A stretch of 64,000 bases of DNA, from the NCBI GenBank assembly GCA_963815195.1, contig CAWFGE010000015.1, forward strand, positions 352,001-416,000, given 5' to 3'. This DNA is from an uncultured Planctomycetaceae bacterium. GTDB lineage: Bacteria; Planctomycetota; Planctomycetia; Planctomycetales; Planctomycetaceae. Shown here piece by piece: positions 42,689-54,902 of the stretch. The position numbers were made by a program, and so were the translations under genes. Positions within the stretch are counted from its first letter, which is position 1. The number at the start of each line of letters is the position of its first letter. Under the pieces are notes generated by a model. That model was not told the origin of the DNA. It was given only the letters and a program-made list of their open reading frames with translations, and searched no databases.

Positions 42689-43126
42689 CTACCGCTCGCT
42701 CGTGACGTAATGGTTCGGCTGCTCGAGTTCTTCCCAGAGGCTCTCATCGGTCCAGTCGGTGTTGTCCTCGGCGAGCAATTCCAATTTGGGCTCGCTGTGC
42801 AGCCGATAGCCGCCGTTTTCGTCCGCATCGAAAAACTGCCGGAACCAGAGCATGTTGGCCACGTTGGGCTGCGGGGAATACAGGAAAATCTCGATCCCGC
42901 GCTCGTGGCAGTCGTAGAGCATGCCGAAAAAGCCGCTGGGGACGTATTTCACATAGGCCATGTTGACGCCGATGGCCCGGTGCTTTTCGACATCGACGAG
43001 CCGATGCAGCGTGTCCCTGAGCAAAGCCAGATCGGCACCGTCCCAGATTTCGATGGCCCCCAGATCCATCACCGCGACGTTCTGGTGATTCACGATATTC
43101 ATACGTTGTTTTTTTCGAGACCCCAT
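42689..43126 (-). CDS. STAS-like (anti-anti-sigma) domain protein
   Basis: IGVNMAYVKYVPSGFFGML resembles the STAS 'dlsgV.yidSsglg.L' motif; YSPQPNV also fits. Confidence 0.65.
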   Translation of the reverse strand: MGSRKKQRMNIVNHQNVAVMDLGAIEIWDGADLALLRDTLHRLVDVEKHRAIGVNMAYVKYVPSGFFGMLYDCHERGIEIFLYSPQPNVANMLWFRQFFDADENGGYRLHSEPKLELLAEDNTDWTDESLWEELEQPNHYVTSER

Positions 43127-43509
43127 AATCACCTGCCCTTTGAGTCTGCCGTCACAAGGAATGCGTTGTTCGACAAAGAAAACGCCGAACCGACGGGCGG
43201 GGAAAAACGCAAAGCCCGCGCCGCTTTCAGGCCCGCTCGACGGACATTCGCCGTAAACCCCGGTTTGCATTCGGATAATGGAAAATGATCCGCGCCTCGC
43301 CGTGCGGAGATGGAACCGGTGATGTTTCCGCGATGAAACGGCGAAGCGGCGAATGTTGCGTTTGCACAACAAGTTTCCCCTCTCGTTCCCAAGGTCCAGC
43401 TTGGGAACGCACTCCGGGGAAGCCCGATGACGAACAAATCGGACCGCTTTCCCTTGGGGAAGGATCTCGGCATACTGGTTGGAGTTTCCACCCCGAGCCG
43501 AGGCCGCTT

Positions 43510-44626
43510 ATGCGAATCCAAACTGTTGAAGCCATTCCCCTCACCGGGGCCACCGTGGACGGCGGTTGGCCGCAAGGCCACGAGTCGGAAGAAAACCTGC
43601 ACACACTGATCGAAATCACGACCGACGAAGGTCTCACCGGCGTGGGAAGCTGCTTCACGTCGGGCACGCTGGTCCGCGGAGCGCTCGAGTCTGTTGACGC
43701 CGCTCTTAAAAGATGAGTCCGCCGTCGAACCGGAACGCGTCACGGAGAAACTCCGGCGGTCCTCGTTCTGGCAGGGACGCGGCGGCGCGGTGGAGCACGC
43801 CATCAGCGGCATCGACATCGCCTTGTGGGACATCATGGGCAAAGCCTGCGGGCAGCCCGTGTCCCGGCTGTTGGGGGGCAACTATCGCAACCGCATCAAA
43901 CCCTACGGCTCCATCCTGTTCGATGAACCGGACGTGCTCGCGGCCCGATTGGAGGAAACCGTGGGCCGGGGTTTCCGGGCCATCAAAATGGGCTGGCGGC
44001 CGTTCGGCCGGCGGGACCGGAAGTTCGACGAGTTCCTGATTCGCACCGCCCGCAAAACCGTGGGCGACGACATCGAGCTCATGGTGGACGCCGGCGGCAG
44101 CGAGCAGTTCTGGCCGCACGGCCTCAACTGGGCGAAAGAGACCGCGAAGATGCTGGCGGATTATCACATCGTCTGGTTCGAGGAAGCCCTGCCGCCGGAC
44201 GACATCGAAGGCTATATCGAACTTACGAAACAATCGCCGGTGCCGATCGCGACGGGGGAAGTGCTGACCCGGCGGGAGTCCTTTCTGCCGTGGCTCGAGC
44301 GGCGGGCCGTGGACATCATCCAACCGGACTCGACGAAAAATGGCGGCCTGAGCGAATCCCGGCGGATCGCGTGGGCGGCGTTCGATCACAACATCCAACT
44401 CGTCTCGCACGGCTGGAACACCGCCGTGGGCCTGGCCGCCGACCTGCAGCTCGCCGCCGCGATGCCGGTGGCCCGCTATGTCGAATACTTGACGCCCTGC
44501 GCTTACGTGGAGGACCTGATGACGGAGCCCTTTGTGCTCGATGCCGAGGGCTATTTAGAGATCCCCGCGCGTCCGGGCCTGGGCTTTGAACTCGATCACG
44601 ACAAACTCAAGAAATACCGCCGATGA
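43510..44626 (+). CDS. Mandelate racemase/muconate lactonizing enzyme family (frameshift near 43690)
   Basis: EITTDEGLTGVG, AISGIDIALWDIMGK, MVDAG, WFEEAL, ATGE and DIIQPD motifs. Confidence 0.88.
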
Positions 44627-44696
44627 AGTGGGCGGCACGGCGCGAGCCGCTCTCTTGACTAAGCATTGCACCTGTTTCGCACCGCAGATGATTTGG

Positions 44697-44829
44697 AAGG
44701 AAAAAGCCGCGGAGCGACTCCGGGACCTCCAGGCATGGCGTCGCGAGGTGGATGCGGAGATGATGGAGCCAAACCCGGACTACATCCCCGACGACCCGGC
44801 GAAAGCGAAGCCATATCGAGGCAATCTCC
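44697..44829 (+). pseudogene. Possible remnant of a sulfatase C-terminus
   Basis: KAAERLRDLQAWRREVDAEMMEPNPDY resembles sulfatase C-tails; no upstream gene body. Confidence 0.5.
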
Positions 44830-46527
44830 ATGAGCGGACTCAGGTGCACTTTGTCCTTTGTGATCCTAATTGTTTTCGCGGCCGGTCAAACCGTCGCAGC
44901 GCCGCCGCGGTATGACGCGGACGTTTGCGTTTACGGCGGCACATCGGGAGGCGTTGTCGCAGCGGTCCAAGCGGCAAGGATGGGGAAACGCGTGGTTCTC
45001 GTCGAACCCGGCCGGCACTTGGGCGGGATGACCTCCGGCGGTTTGAGTGCGGTGGACATCGGCGATCCCCGCAGTGTGGGCGGAATCGCCCGCGAGTATT
45101 TCACCGGACTCGTCGCCCGCTACGGTAAGAAACTCCGTTGGGATCAGCCGTTTCGACGCACAGGCGGTCCCGCGACCGGCGGTGCCTACTCCATCGAACC
45201 GCACGTGGCCGAGGCCGTCTTCGACGAGATGGCCAAGGAAGCCGGCGTCATCGTGCTGCGGGACGCGCAGCTCAAATCGGCGAAAAAAGCCGACGCACGG
45301 ATCACGGAGCTTGTCACCGAAGACGGCTCGACGATCCGGGCGAAGATGTTTATCGACGCGACTTACGAAGGCGATCTCCTGGCGGCCGCCGGCGTGACTT
45401 ACACCGTGATGCGGGAGGGAAACGCCAAATACGGCGAAAAGTACAATGGCATCTATTACAGCCCGAAATACAAACCGCGAACCAATCACAAACAACCGGG
45501 GGCCAATGGCCGCGTCCCCGGCGGGCAAGGCGTCTGGGACCGGGATTTTCCGCTCGATCCCTACATCGTGAAAGGCGATCCGTCGAGCGGCCTTTTGCCG
45601 CTGGTCAACACAGGCGAGCCGGGCAAACCGGGAGAGCCGGCCCCGGGCGTTCAGGCCTATTGCTTTCGGTTGTGTTTGACGACCGAGAAGGCCAATCAGA
45701 TGCCCGTCACTCCGCCGCCGAATTACGACCCGAAGCATTATGAGTTGGTCGCGCGATTCATCGAAGCCTGCAAAGCCAATGGCGACGACATGGACCTGCG
45801 CTGGTTCAGCAAGCACGATCCACTCCCCAACGACAAATGGGATTTCAACACCGCCACGTTCGGAGCGAATCTTCCGGGGGCCAACTGGGAATGGCCCGAA
45901 GCGAGTGACCAACAGCGATCGGAAATCGCCAAGAAAATCGAAAACTACCACCGCGGACTGTTGCACTTTCTGGCGACGGATTCGCGCGTCCCGGAGAAAG
46001 TCCGCCGCGAGATAGAGCGGTTCGGTCTTCCGAAAGACGAGTTCACCGACAACGGCGGCTGGCCGCATCAGATTTACGTTCGCGAAGGCCGCCGGATGGT
46101 CAGCGATCTGGTGATGACCGAGCATCACACCTTCGGCCGCAAGACGGCTCCGCGTTCGATTGGGCTGGGCTCCTACGGGACCGATGCCCACGAAATCCGG
46201 CGGATCGTTAAAGACGGCGTGGTGACCCGCGAAGGCAAGATTGCCACCGGCCGCGGCGGGTTTGGCCCTTACCAGATCGGCTATGCCGCCATCGTGCCCA
46301 AACAGAGCGAGTGCGAAAACCTGTTGGTCACCTTCGCATTGTCCGCCAGTCATTCGGCCTTTGCCAGCATCCGCATGGAGCCGGTGTTCATGGTCACCAG
46401 CCAGTCCGCGGCGACGGCCGCTTGCCTGGCCGTTGATGCCGAGACGTCGGTGCAAAAGGTGGACTATGACAAGTTGCGAAGCCGACTGCTGGCCGATCAC
46501 CAGGTTTTAGAATGGCCCGTCCAATAA
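44830..46527 (+). CDS. FAD-dependent oxidoreductase (FAD_oxidored family), secreted
   Basis: YGGTSGG, LGGMTSGG, FIDATYEGD, YVREGRRM and SIRMEP motifs. Confidence 0.9.
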   Translation: MSGLRCTLSFVILIVFAAGQTVAAPPRYDADVCVYGGTSGGVVAAVQAARMGKRVVLVEPGRHLGGMTSGGLSAVDIGDPRSVGGIAREYFTGLVARYGKKLRWDQPFRRTGGPATGGAYSIEPHVAEAVFDEMAKEAGVIVLRDAQLKSAKKADARITELVTEDGSTIRAKMFIDATYEGDLLAAAGVTYTVMREGNAKYGEKYNGIYYSPKYKPRTNHKQPGANGRVPGGQGVWDRDFPLDPYIVKGDPSSGLLPLVNTGEPGKPGEPAPGVQAYCFRLCLTTEKANQMPVTPPPNYDPKHYELVARFIEACKANGDDMDLRWFSKHDPLPNDKWDFNTATFGANLPGANWEWPEASDQQRSEIAKKIENYHRGLLHFLATDSRVPEKVRREIERFGLPKDEFTDNGGWPHQIYVREGRRMVSDLVMTEHHTFGRKTAPRSIGLGSYGTDAHEIRRIVKDGVVTREGKIATGRGGFGPYQIGYAAIVPKQSECENLLVTFALSASHSAFASIRMEPVFMVTSQSAATAACLAVDAETSVQKVDYDKLRSRLLADHQVLEWPVQ

Positions 46528-46586
46528 TGCCCGCGCACTTCCTTTGGTTTACCGTCGTTCCGCGATTTCTTCACAGGTGCATTCGG

Positions 46587-48266
46587 ATGACATCCCCAGT
46601 TTTCAAAACAAGTCTCAGTCAGCGGACGCTCAGGTTCCTCGCTTTCCTTTGTGTCTCGTTCGCAATTCCCAGCTTGGCCGCAGAGAAAAAGCCGCCCGCG
46701 TTCCCGGGTACGCCAAGCGATTGGCACGGCTTTTCGCGGTACGATTTTGAGGTGGACGGCAAATCCGTTCTGGTGGCCGCTCCGAAGCAACCCGCGCCGG
46801 GGCGGCCTTGGGTTTGGCATGGCGAGTTCTTCGGGCACAAACCCGCCCCCGACATCGCCTTGTTGAAGCGGGGGTTCCACATTGTTTATATGCGGGTTCC
46901 CGACATGCTGGGGGCGCCCAAAGCGGTGGCCCATTGGAATGCGTTTTATCACGAACTGACCGAGAAATACGGGTTCGCCGAGAAGCCCGGGCTCGTCGGT
47001 TTGAGCCGGGGCGGGCTGTACTGTTACAACTGGGCGGCCGCCAATCCGAAAAAAGTGGCCTGCCTTTACGGCGATGCTCCGGTTTGCGATTTCAAAAGTT
47101 GGCCCGGTGGAACAGGCACAGGCAAGGGCAGCCCGCGAGACTGGAAACTCGTCCTGAAGGAGTATGGCTTCCAAAACGATGCGGAAGCCTTGGCGTACGA
47201 CAAGAACCCCGTCGACAATCTCGCCCCGCTCGCTGCGGCGAACGTTCCTTTGTTGCATGTCTACGGAGAAGCCGATGACGTCGTGCCTTGGACAGAGAAC
47301 ACGGGCCTCGTTGCAGAGCGTTACCGCAAGTTGGGCGGGGAGATCACGCTGATTGCCAAGCCAGGCGTCGGCCATCATCCGCACGGACTGGAGGATCCCA
47401 CCCCGATCGTCAATTTCATCGCCGAACATGCTTCCGTCGAGAAGCCCCCCGCCAAATCCGGGCGGAAGGATCCCGTGGGAAAACTGGCGGCCGACCTCGA
47501 ACCGGATCGGCTCGTGGTTTACAAAAAAGCGGCAGGCCGCGAACTCTATTTGCATGTCTTCGAGCCCGAGGGTTGGAAGCCCACGGACCGGCGAGGTTGC
47601 TTTCTGGTGATCCACGGCGGGGGTTGGACGGGGGGAGAACCCCGCCGGATGTATCCCTTCGCCGAGCATCTCGCCGGGTTGGGGCTGGTGGGCATCAGCC
47701 TCGAATACCGTTTGCGGAATCCCCAGCAGGGCACCACGGTTTTTGATTGCGTGAAGGACGGCCGCTCCGCCGTGCGGTTTATCCGCTCTCATGCGGAGAC
47801 TCTGGGGATTGCTCCCAACAAAATCATCGTCAGCGGAGGTTCGGCGGGCGGACATGTCGCGGTCGGCACCGCTTTGTTTGAGGGCATCGATGAAACGGGA
47901 GATGCGACCGAGATTCCCTGCACTCCCAATGCCTTGGTGCTGTTGTTTCCCGTGATCGACACATCCAAAGCCGGCTATGGGAACGCTAAAATCGGCGAGC
48001 GTTGGCGGGAACTTTCGCCCGTTCATCAGGTCCGCGGGAAAGTTCCTCCCACGCTGATTTTCCATGGCACGGGAGACACCGTCACACCCTTTGCCGGTGC
48101 GAAAGCCTTTCACGCCGCGATGCAAAAAGCCGGCAACCGCTGCGAATTGGAAGTCCATGACGGCGGCAAACACGGTTACCTGATGTTCGATCAAGCACTC
48201 TACCTCGACACGTTGAAAAGGACGGAGGAGTTTTTGAGTTCCTTGGGTTTGATTTCCAAACGCTGA
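46587..48266 (+). CDS. Tandem alpha/beta-hydrolase (two esterase domains)
   Basis: GLSRG nucleophile in domain 1; HGGGW and GGSAGG in domain 2. Confidence 0.88.
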   Translation: MTSPVFKTSLSQRTLRFLAFLCVSFAIPSLAAEKKPPAFPGTPSDWHGFSRYDFEVDGKSVLVAAPKQPAPGRPWVWHGEFFGHKPAPDIALLKRGFHIVYMRVPDMLGAPKAVAHWNAFYHELTEKYGFAEKPGLVGLSRGGLYCYNWAAANPKKVACLYGDAPVCDFKSWPGGTGTGKGSPRDWKLVLKEYGFQNDAEALAYDKNPVDNLAPLAAANVPLLHVYGEADDVVPWTENTGLVAERYRKLGGEITLIAKPGVGHHPHGLEDPTPIVNFIAEHASVEKPPAKSGRKDPVGKLAADLEPDRLVVYKKAAGRELYLHVFEPEGWKPTDRRGCFLVIHGGGWTGGEPRRMYPFAEHLAGLGLVGISLEYRLRNPQQGTTVFDCVKDGRSAVRFIRSHAETLGIAPNKIIVSGGSAGGHVAVGTALFEGIDETGDATEIPCTPNALVLLFPVIDTSKAGYGNAKIGERWRELSPVHQVRGKVPPTLIFHGTGDTVTPFAGAKAFHAAMQKAGNRCELEVHDGGKHGYLMFDQALYLDTLKRTEEFLSSLGLISKR

Positions 48267-48279
48267 GGGCTTGCCCGGA

Positions 48280-50163
48280 ATGTCAAAGGTCGTCACGACT
48301 CATCACCTGGACTGCGACGCGCTAATCGCCGGTGGCGGAGCGGCCGGAGTGCCCTGCGCCTTGGCGGCCGCGCGTGGCGGGGCCAGGGTGATTCTCTGCC
48401 AGGATCGCCCCGTCCTGGGCGGCAACGCCTCCAGCGAAGTGCGAATGCACATCGTCGGCGCCAATGGCACAGGCCGCTTCGACCGCGGGCAGGAACTGGA
48501 AACCGAAGCCCGCGAGGGCGGCATCATCGAGGAAATCCGCCTGGAAACTTGCGTGCGAAATCCGCAGCGGTCGGCTGCGATGCTCGATCTGATCCTCTAC
48601 GAAAAATGCCGAGCCGAGCCCAATCTCACGCTGCTGCTCAACACCACCGTGGTCGGCGTGGACAGAGAGGGCGAGCGGATCGAACGAGTCATCGCCACCC
48701 GCGAAAGCACCGAGGATCAGTTTCGGATCGGGGCCAAGATCTTCATCGACTGCACCGGGGACGGGCGGCTGGGCGTGGAAGCCGGGGCCTCCTATTTGGA
48801 GGGGCGGGAAAGCTGCGAGCAGTTCGGCGAATCCCTGGCTCCCGAACGGGCAGACAACAGCCGGCTGGGTTCGACCCTCTTGATGCAAGCCCGCCGGCAC
48901 GACCGACCGATGCCCTTCGTCGCGCCGCCTTGGGCCAGAAAGTTCCGCAAAGACGAATTGGAGCTGCGGCTGTATGCCACGCCCGGCGAGGAAGAACCCA
49001 CGCACGAATACGGCTACTGGTGGGCCGAGTGGGGCGGGACGCGGGATACGATCAAAGACAACGAAGCCATCCGCGATGAATTGCTGGCCATCGTGCTGGG
49101 CGTCTGGGACCATGTGAAGAACGGCCCGCCGGACACATCGGAGACCGACCCGTTCCAGGCATCGCATTGGGCGCTCGATTGGTTCGGCTTCCTGCCTGGA
49201 AAGCGGGAAAGCCGGCGTTTTCTTGGGCAACACGTTCTCACCGAGCGGGATGTCCTCGAATCGAAGCGGTTTGACGATGCGATTGCCTATGGCGGTTGGG
49301 CGCTCGATCTGCATCCGCCCGCCGGGGTCGATGCCGCGAACGAACCGCCCTGCGAGCAACATCCGGTTCCGTATCTCTACGACATTCCACTCAGGTGCTG
49401 CATTTCGCGAGATGTTCCGAATTTGATGTTCGCCGGTCGAAACCTGTCCGCGACGCATGTGGCGTTTGCGTCCACGCGTGTGATGGCCACGTGCGCAACG
49501 GTTGGACAAGGCGTGGGAACCGCGGCCGCGTTTGCCGTCAGAAACAACCTCGATCCTGCGGACCTCACAGCACGCCGCCCCCTCCTTCATGCCGTCCGGC
49601 AACAGTTGCTTCGGGACGATTGTTACCTGATCGGCTGCCGAAATGACGATTCCGAGGATCTCGCTCGCGAAGCGACGATCACCGCGAGCAGCGAACAACC
49701 CGGCGGCGAAGCGATTCATGTCATTTCCGGTCAAACCCGGAGCGTGCACGGAGAACGCGGTGCCCCGCCGGCACGTTCCAATCCGGGAACGCACCGCTGG
49801 ATGTCCGATCCCGCTGACGGATTTCCCGTCGCAATCCAGTTGGATTGGGCGCGCCCCATCACGCCTCGCGAGATTCAGCTCATCTTCGACACCGGCCTGC
49901 ATCGGCACCTGACGCTCAGCCACCACGACGGCTACACGTCCAAAATGGTTTGGGGCCGTCCTCAACCGGAAACGATCCGGGACTTTTCCATCGAAGGGAA
50001 AAGCGGCGAGGAGTGGATTCCTTTGGCGGAAATCCGCGACAATTCCCAACGCCGCTTGGTCCGTTCAATTGAAAAACCACGCCCCGTCACATCCCTTCGC
50101 CTTCTTGTCAACGGGACCAACGGCCTGGACCACGCCCGGCTCTGCGAGATTCGAGTTTATTGA
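48280..50163 (+). CDS. FAD-dependent oxidoreductase with C-terminal beta-sandwich domain
   Basis: GGGAAG, LGGNASSE, FIDCTGDG, KRESRR and STRVMAT motifs. Confidence 0.88.
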   Translation: MSKVVTTHHLDCDALIAGGGAAGVPCALAAARGGARVILCQDRPVLGGNASSEVRMHIVGANGTGRFDRGQELETEAREGGIIEEIRLETCVRNPQRSAAMLDLILYEKCRAEPNLTLLLNTTVVGVDREGERIERVIATRESTEDQFRIGAKIFIDCTGDGRLGVEAGASYLEGRESCEQFGESLAPERADNSRLGSTLLMQARRHDRPMPFVAPPWARKFRKDELELRLYATPGEEEPTHEYGYWWAEWGGTRDTIKDNEAIRDELLAIVLGVWDHVKNGPPDTSETDPFQASHWALDWFGFLPGKRESRRFLGQHVLTERDVLESKRFDDAIAYGGWALDLHPPAGVDAANEPPCEQHPVPYLYDIPLRCCISRDVPNLMFAGRNLSATHVAFASTRVMATCATVGQGVGTAAAFAVRNNLDPADLTARRPLLHAVRQQLLRDDCYLIGCRNDDSEDLAREATITASSEQPGGEAIHVISGQTRSVHGERGAPPARSNPGTHRWMSDPADGFPVAIQLDWARPITPREIQLIFDTGLHRHLTLSHHDGYTSKMVWGRPQPETIRDFSIEGKSGEEWIPLAEIRDNSQRRLVRSIEKPRPVTSLRLLVNGTNGLDHARLCEIRVY

Positions 50164-51624
50164 GCAGCCCCATTTCTCGGTTTGATGGAGTTGACACGGA
50201 CGTGTCGCGTTCGTCTGCGGGCCGGGTCCGCCCTTCAGGGTGCAGCGGGCGGCGGATTCCGGCGGTGTGTGATCCAGTCGCCGGGACGCTCCATACAAAC
50301 CGATCCCCAACACAATCACCAGCACGAAAATCATCGCGCCTAAAATCACCCGGTTGTTCAAAATCGCCGACCAGCGAAACGCTTCGGGCTCCGATTTGCG
50401 GGGTTGCTGTTCGCCCAGTTTCGCCGGTCTCGGAACAAAGTCGGCCTCGAGCAGTTTCTCGAGGACTTGTTGATCGGTTTCGGCCGCCTCGGCGTCGGCG
50501 TCGCCGTAATCGAGCCGGTAGCTCCGCCCAGGCTTCGCCAGAAAATCGACCTCATAGATATTTCCTCGCGCGATAACCCCGGTGATGTTCAAGGGCGGGT
50601 TGTCCCGGTTTTCGAGAACGATCCGAAACTTGCGTTCCCGCTCTTCCGGAAAACGGATGGAGAGATGCTCCCGCGCGAAGCCCTGAAAGTCGATCCGCGT
50701 GAGCGTGGCCTCGCCGATCGCCCGCCAACTCCGCCGAACGCCGTCCACGTCTTCCACCTCCACAATGGCGTGGCGGCTGAAGTTTTGCTCGGGCGTCTCG
50801 ATCGTGAGCGAAGTGATCGGCTCCTGCCGCATGCCGATGAGGATCTGCGTTTGCTTCTCTTTGGGGTCTTGTTCCACCTGAAAGCTTCGGCCGGGATAGG
50901 TCTCGGTCACATCGGACTTGGGGACCTCGCGCGCGCGTTCCTGCCAGAAGTCGATGCGATCGACGCGAAACGGTCGCCGTTGAATCGAGATCCGTTCCTC
51001 GCGGCTGATTTCTTTGGCCCCTTCCAGCCGGCGCGTGAGTTCCAGAAGCTCCGACTGCTCTTTCGCCGTGACATTGTCGATCAGGACCCGCACATGCCGG
51101 CGGTCGGTTTGGGGGAAGGAGACGCTGTCGTGCCGGACATCCACGTAGCGGGAATAATCGAAGATCAGCGAATGGGCGACTTCCTCCCATTGCCCGCCGT
51201 CCGCCGAAGTCTCCACGCGAACCCGCTTTTCGAAGTTGTCCAAGGGCGTGACCAGCGTGAGTCCGTTCGGAGCCGGGTCGTCGGGATCGAGTCTCAGCGT
51301 GATTTCCAAACCGCCGTCGTCGGTCGGGCGGGCGGAGAGAATTTTTCCCATCCATGTTTGGCGCACGGTTTGTGTGCGGGTCGTCTTGATCTGACGCAGC
51401 AGAAAGGGAACAATCTGTCCCGCATCGTCCAAGAGCCGCAAGTCCTCCTGCCCGGTCTGCGTCGCATCATAAATCGGGGAATCCAATCGGACGGAAAGCA
51501 GCTCCTCGCGTTCCAGCGAAGGGATCTCGATCGGCCGCGTGAACTGAAACGCCGGTTCCGCGGTGAAGGCCATCGTGGTCAGAAGCCAAATCAAACCGGC
51601 GGCCCCGCATGTGTGCTTGCTCAT
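50065..51624 (-). CDS. DUF3999-like membrane-anchored protein
   Basis: Signal peptide at [23 protein letters not shown] and a C-terminal TM; overlaps the DUF2339 stop. True stop may be near 50235 if frameshifted. Confidence 0.65.
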   Translation of the reverse strand: MSKHTCGAAGLIWLLTTMAFTAEPAFQFTRPIEIPSLEREELLSVRLDSPIYDATQTGQEDLRLLDDAGQIVPFLLRQIKTTRTQTVRQTWMGKILSARPTDDGGLEITLRLDPDDPAPNGLTLVTPLDNFEKRVRVETSADGGQWEEVAHSLIFDYSRYVDVRHDSVSFPQTDRRHVRVLIDNVTAKEQSELLELTRRLEGAKEISREERISIQRRPFRVDRIDFWQERAREVPKSDVTETYPGRSFQVEQDPKEKQTQILIGMRQEPITSLTIETPEQNFSRHAIVEVEDVDGVRRSWRAIGEATLTRIDFQGFAREHLSIRFPEERERKFRIVLENRDNPPLNITGVIARGNIYEVDFLAKPGRSYRLDYGDADAEAAETDQQVLEKLLEADFVPRPAKLGEQQPRKSEPEAFRWSAILNNRVILGAMIFVLVIVLGIGLYGASRRLDHTPPESAARCTLKGGPGPQTNATRPCQLHQTEKWGCSINSNLAEPGVVQAVGPVDKKAKGCDGAWFFN

Positions 51625-54139
51625 AAGTCTTTCTCCTCTTTGCGGGGCGTCTCCAACGCAAAGCTCTCCTGAAATCTGAGATACAGGAACGACCCGCCGA
51701 CCGTCAGGATGCCCAGCGTGATAAATGCGACAATGCGATAGAAGGAATCGAGCCGCGACAGATCGACGAAGAACACCTTCCAGGCGACGATCGCAAACAG
51801 GCCCAATCCCAAATACCTTAAGGACCGTTCCCGCCGGGCGATGCCTCGCAGGATCAGGCCGAGCGCGAACAAAGACCACAGAATGGAGACGCCTCCCGCT
51901 CGCAGACCTTCGACATAAGCGGAGAGAAAAGTGTTCGTTTCGAGCGTCAGATAGAGGAACAGCATGCCCAGGCTGCAAAAGCCCAGAAACCGGCCGACGA
52001 CGCGAGCCGAGAGCCGCCCGCTCAGCCAGGCCGCTGCAAACGCCAGGAATGCGACCACCGCCCCAAAGTCCAGGAGCCGGAGTGCCGCGTCGCGGAACGA
52101 GTACGGCCCCTGATAAAGAAAACTTTGCGTGACATCCCAACTGGGCAAATCGAAGACCAGCAGCTTGATCAACAGGCCGGAAACAAAGACCACCAGCAGC
52201 CCGAGGAGCCAGCGGTTCTCCCGCTCGAGAACCTGCCAGGTCAAAAGTCCGCACATCGCCAGCCACAACAAAGTGAGCAAAGGCAGCTTCATGGGCTGAT
52301 AAAAATAGCCCATCGTCTGGTTGAATTCGAGATGCAGATAAAGAAACAACATCCCGAGGGCGATGCCCGCCGCGAGCCGCACGATCCCCGCGGGAGAAAT
52401 CCATTCGGGAATGTCGTTGTCGCGGGACACAGGCCCGTCGGCATCGAGGTCTTGCTTCCTCATCAATCGGCACGCCCCGGCCAAAGAGGCGATCGGCACA
52501 CCAAACATGATGATCCGCTCCCCGAGGATCCGCAGGTAATCTTCCATAGGGATTTCGGCCAAAGACGGCTGTAGAAATTGAGCCGGAAGATCAATCAGCC
52601 CGAACCGGAACAGCACGATCCCATACAGCAGATAGGCCAACTGCTGCAGAAATCGGCTGCCCAGCTTGCCCGCAATCCACACCATCACAATCGCTTGGAT
52701 CGCCCAACTGGCCGTGATCCATTCCCGCGAGAGCACCAGAGGCATCGTCACCGCCAAAAAGAACGCCGCCAGTCCCATAAAGCTGACGAGCAACTCGCGG
52801 TCGATGATCCGCCACTTGAGAAACACCATCACATGCAACGTGTAAAAGGCCGCGAGCGACAACGTCACGACGGCCACCCACTCCCGGCCATAGACCGGCT
52901 CGATCAGCCAGTACGACAGAGCATAGAAAATCCCCGCGTTCGCGAAGAGGGCCAACAGATCCAGCAGGTTGGATTTGGTCCGATTGACGAGTTGATACAA
53001 AAACGTCATCGTCGAAAACAGCGCGAAGTAGGCGATGGCAAACGGGAACACCTCCCACAGATGACTGGAATTATATTGCTCGAGCGCCGCGAACAGCAGC
53101 CCGAAGGTGGCGGCGAAACTCAGGTAATTGACGAGCCGCCAGTTTCTCCAATAGCAAATGCCCAACACGCCCACGCCCAGAACAACCACGTAACCCAACA
53201 GGCCCGGAAAATTCACCGCGCCGGTGGAGAGCATGACGGGCGTTCCATATCCGCCGATGATTCCCAGCACCGCCACGAGAATTGAATTGAAGCGGACCGC
53301 AATGCCCCCCGCGAGCGCGGTGATCAGACTCATCAGCAGAAAACCGACGGGGACTTCGACGAGGTGGTAGAAGTTGACCGCCGCAAAGACGGCGAAATAC
53401 AAGGTGGCGAGCCCGCCGCCTTGAAGACCCTGGCCCAATATGTCGTATCGCCGACCCAACAGGCGCGTCCCGGCGATCAGCATTCCCAAGCCGGCGATGG
53501 CCGAGAGCGCCACGCGGCCGATTTCATTGATGAGGCCATGCTCGACAGAGTATTTCAGAAAGAAGCCGACACCCACCACGAAGATCAATATGCCGATCCG
53601 CAAAAGCCATTGGCTCGCGATGGCGTACTCCATCGACATCCCCGCGGGGACGTGCTCCTCGCCGACAATGATCCAGTTCCAAATCCGCCGGAGCGTTTCC
53701 TTGGCCGCTGTTTCCCAAGCGGGCGGCTCGCGATGCGCGACCGGGGGAAGCTCGCCGCGGTGCGAAGCCAATACCGGAATCGGAGCCGCCGGCCTCCGCT
53801 CGGGTCTCGCCCCGGCGGGTTCCGGTCTCTCCACAACTTCAATTTCGTCCGGCGGCACTTCCTCGGACGTTTCTTCGACGCCGGGCTTGGGTGGGATCTT
53901 GTGCTGCGGCTTTGGTCTTTTGCTCGACGAGTCCTTCCCATTCGGCCTCTTGGCCGGCCGGTTTCTCGGCGGTCCATCGTTTGAGTTGCTGGCGAAGGTC
54001 GCGGAGTCTCCGTTCGCAGCGATTTCAGACCGGCCTCGTGTTCCCGCCGGAGATTGCTGAGCGTGACCGCGATGATCACCGGCAGCGCAAACACCGCCAC
54101 AAGAACCCCAATGCCCAACAGGAACAGGATTGCATCCAT
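51621..54139 (-). CDS. DUF2339 multi-pass membrane protein (frameshift near 54000)
   Basis: [32 protein letters not shown] and [19 protein letters not shown] motifs; N-terminus MDAILFLLG lies in another frame. Confidence 0.82.
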
Positions 54140-54582
54140 GGACGGACCTCGGATCAAGCTCTGCGGAAGCCTGAGTTTCTGGGTGAGAGGACGTAGATAA
54201 AGTCATCATTCTACCCCCAAGGCGGTATCTTTTGGCGAATATCACGCCGCATCCCGGAATTCTTCCCATTCCTTCAGCGACGTGAAAAGTCGTGGCCAGA
54301 CGCGCGTCATAGCCGCATACCCGTGAATCGTGGCCGCTCCCCATTGAATGCGAACAGATCGTGAGGGACATCGGCGGGGCGGCATTTATGGCCCTGGCAA
54401 AAATCCGTCAAACGGATGAACTGTGTGTGCCACTGGCTCTGCCAGTGCGTTTTTGAGACAATCGTTGAGACGAAGCTCGGCTGGGATCGTGTTCTGCTTC
54501 GGAGACAATCTGCTGTTGTTGGGAGCAAGAAATCAACAAGCCCTAATCGCACGAACACTTCACCAAGGCGCTGGCAGCTTCC

Positions 54583-54902
54583 GTAGGGCCGGCTCCCGCC
54601 TGCCTTCCTTTGGTGGTACGATTTGAGGATGCCCAATTATCGTCGGGCCCTCCAGCGACGCTATTACGAATCTCAAAAGGAAGGCTGCCCTACACTTACT
54701 AAGAGTCTTTCGGGTGCCACTGGCAACTTGTTGCCAGTGCTTTCCAGCAGCATGGAATCGGGGGGCGTTTCAAAACTCGCTTGGTTCATACGATTCACAC
54801 TGGCAGGCAAGCTGCCAGTGGCACCCGGCGGGAGCCTGCCTTACATCTACTGCCCACCGATTATCAAACAGCTTCGAGAATGGTGGGCGATGCCCACCCT
54901 AC
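54583..54902. repeat. Composite cluster of REP elements C, B and E
   Basis: C at 54583-54693; B at 54711-54827; partial C end at 54828-54844; E GGTGGGC-GAT-GCCCACC-CTAC at 54882-54902. Confidence 0.85.
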
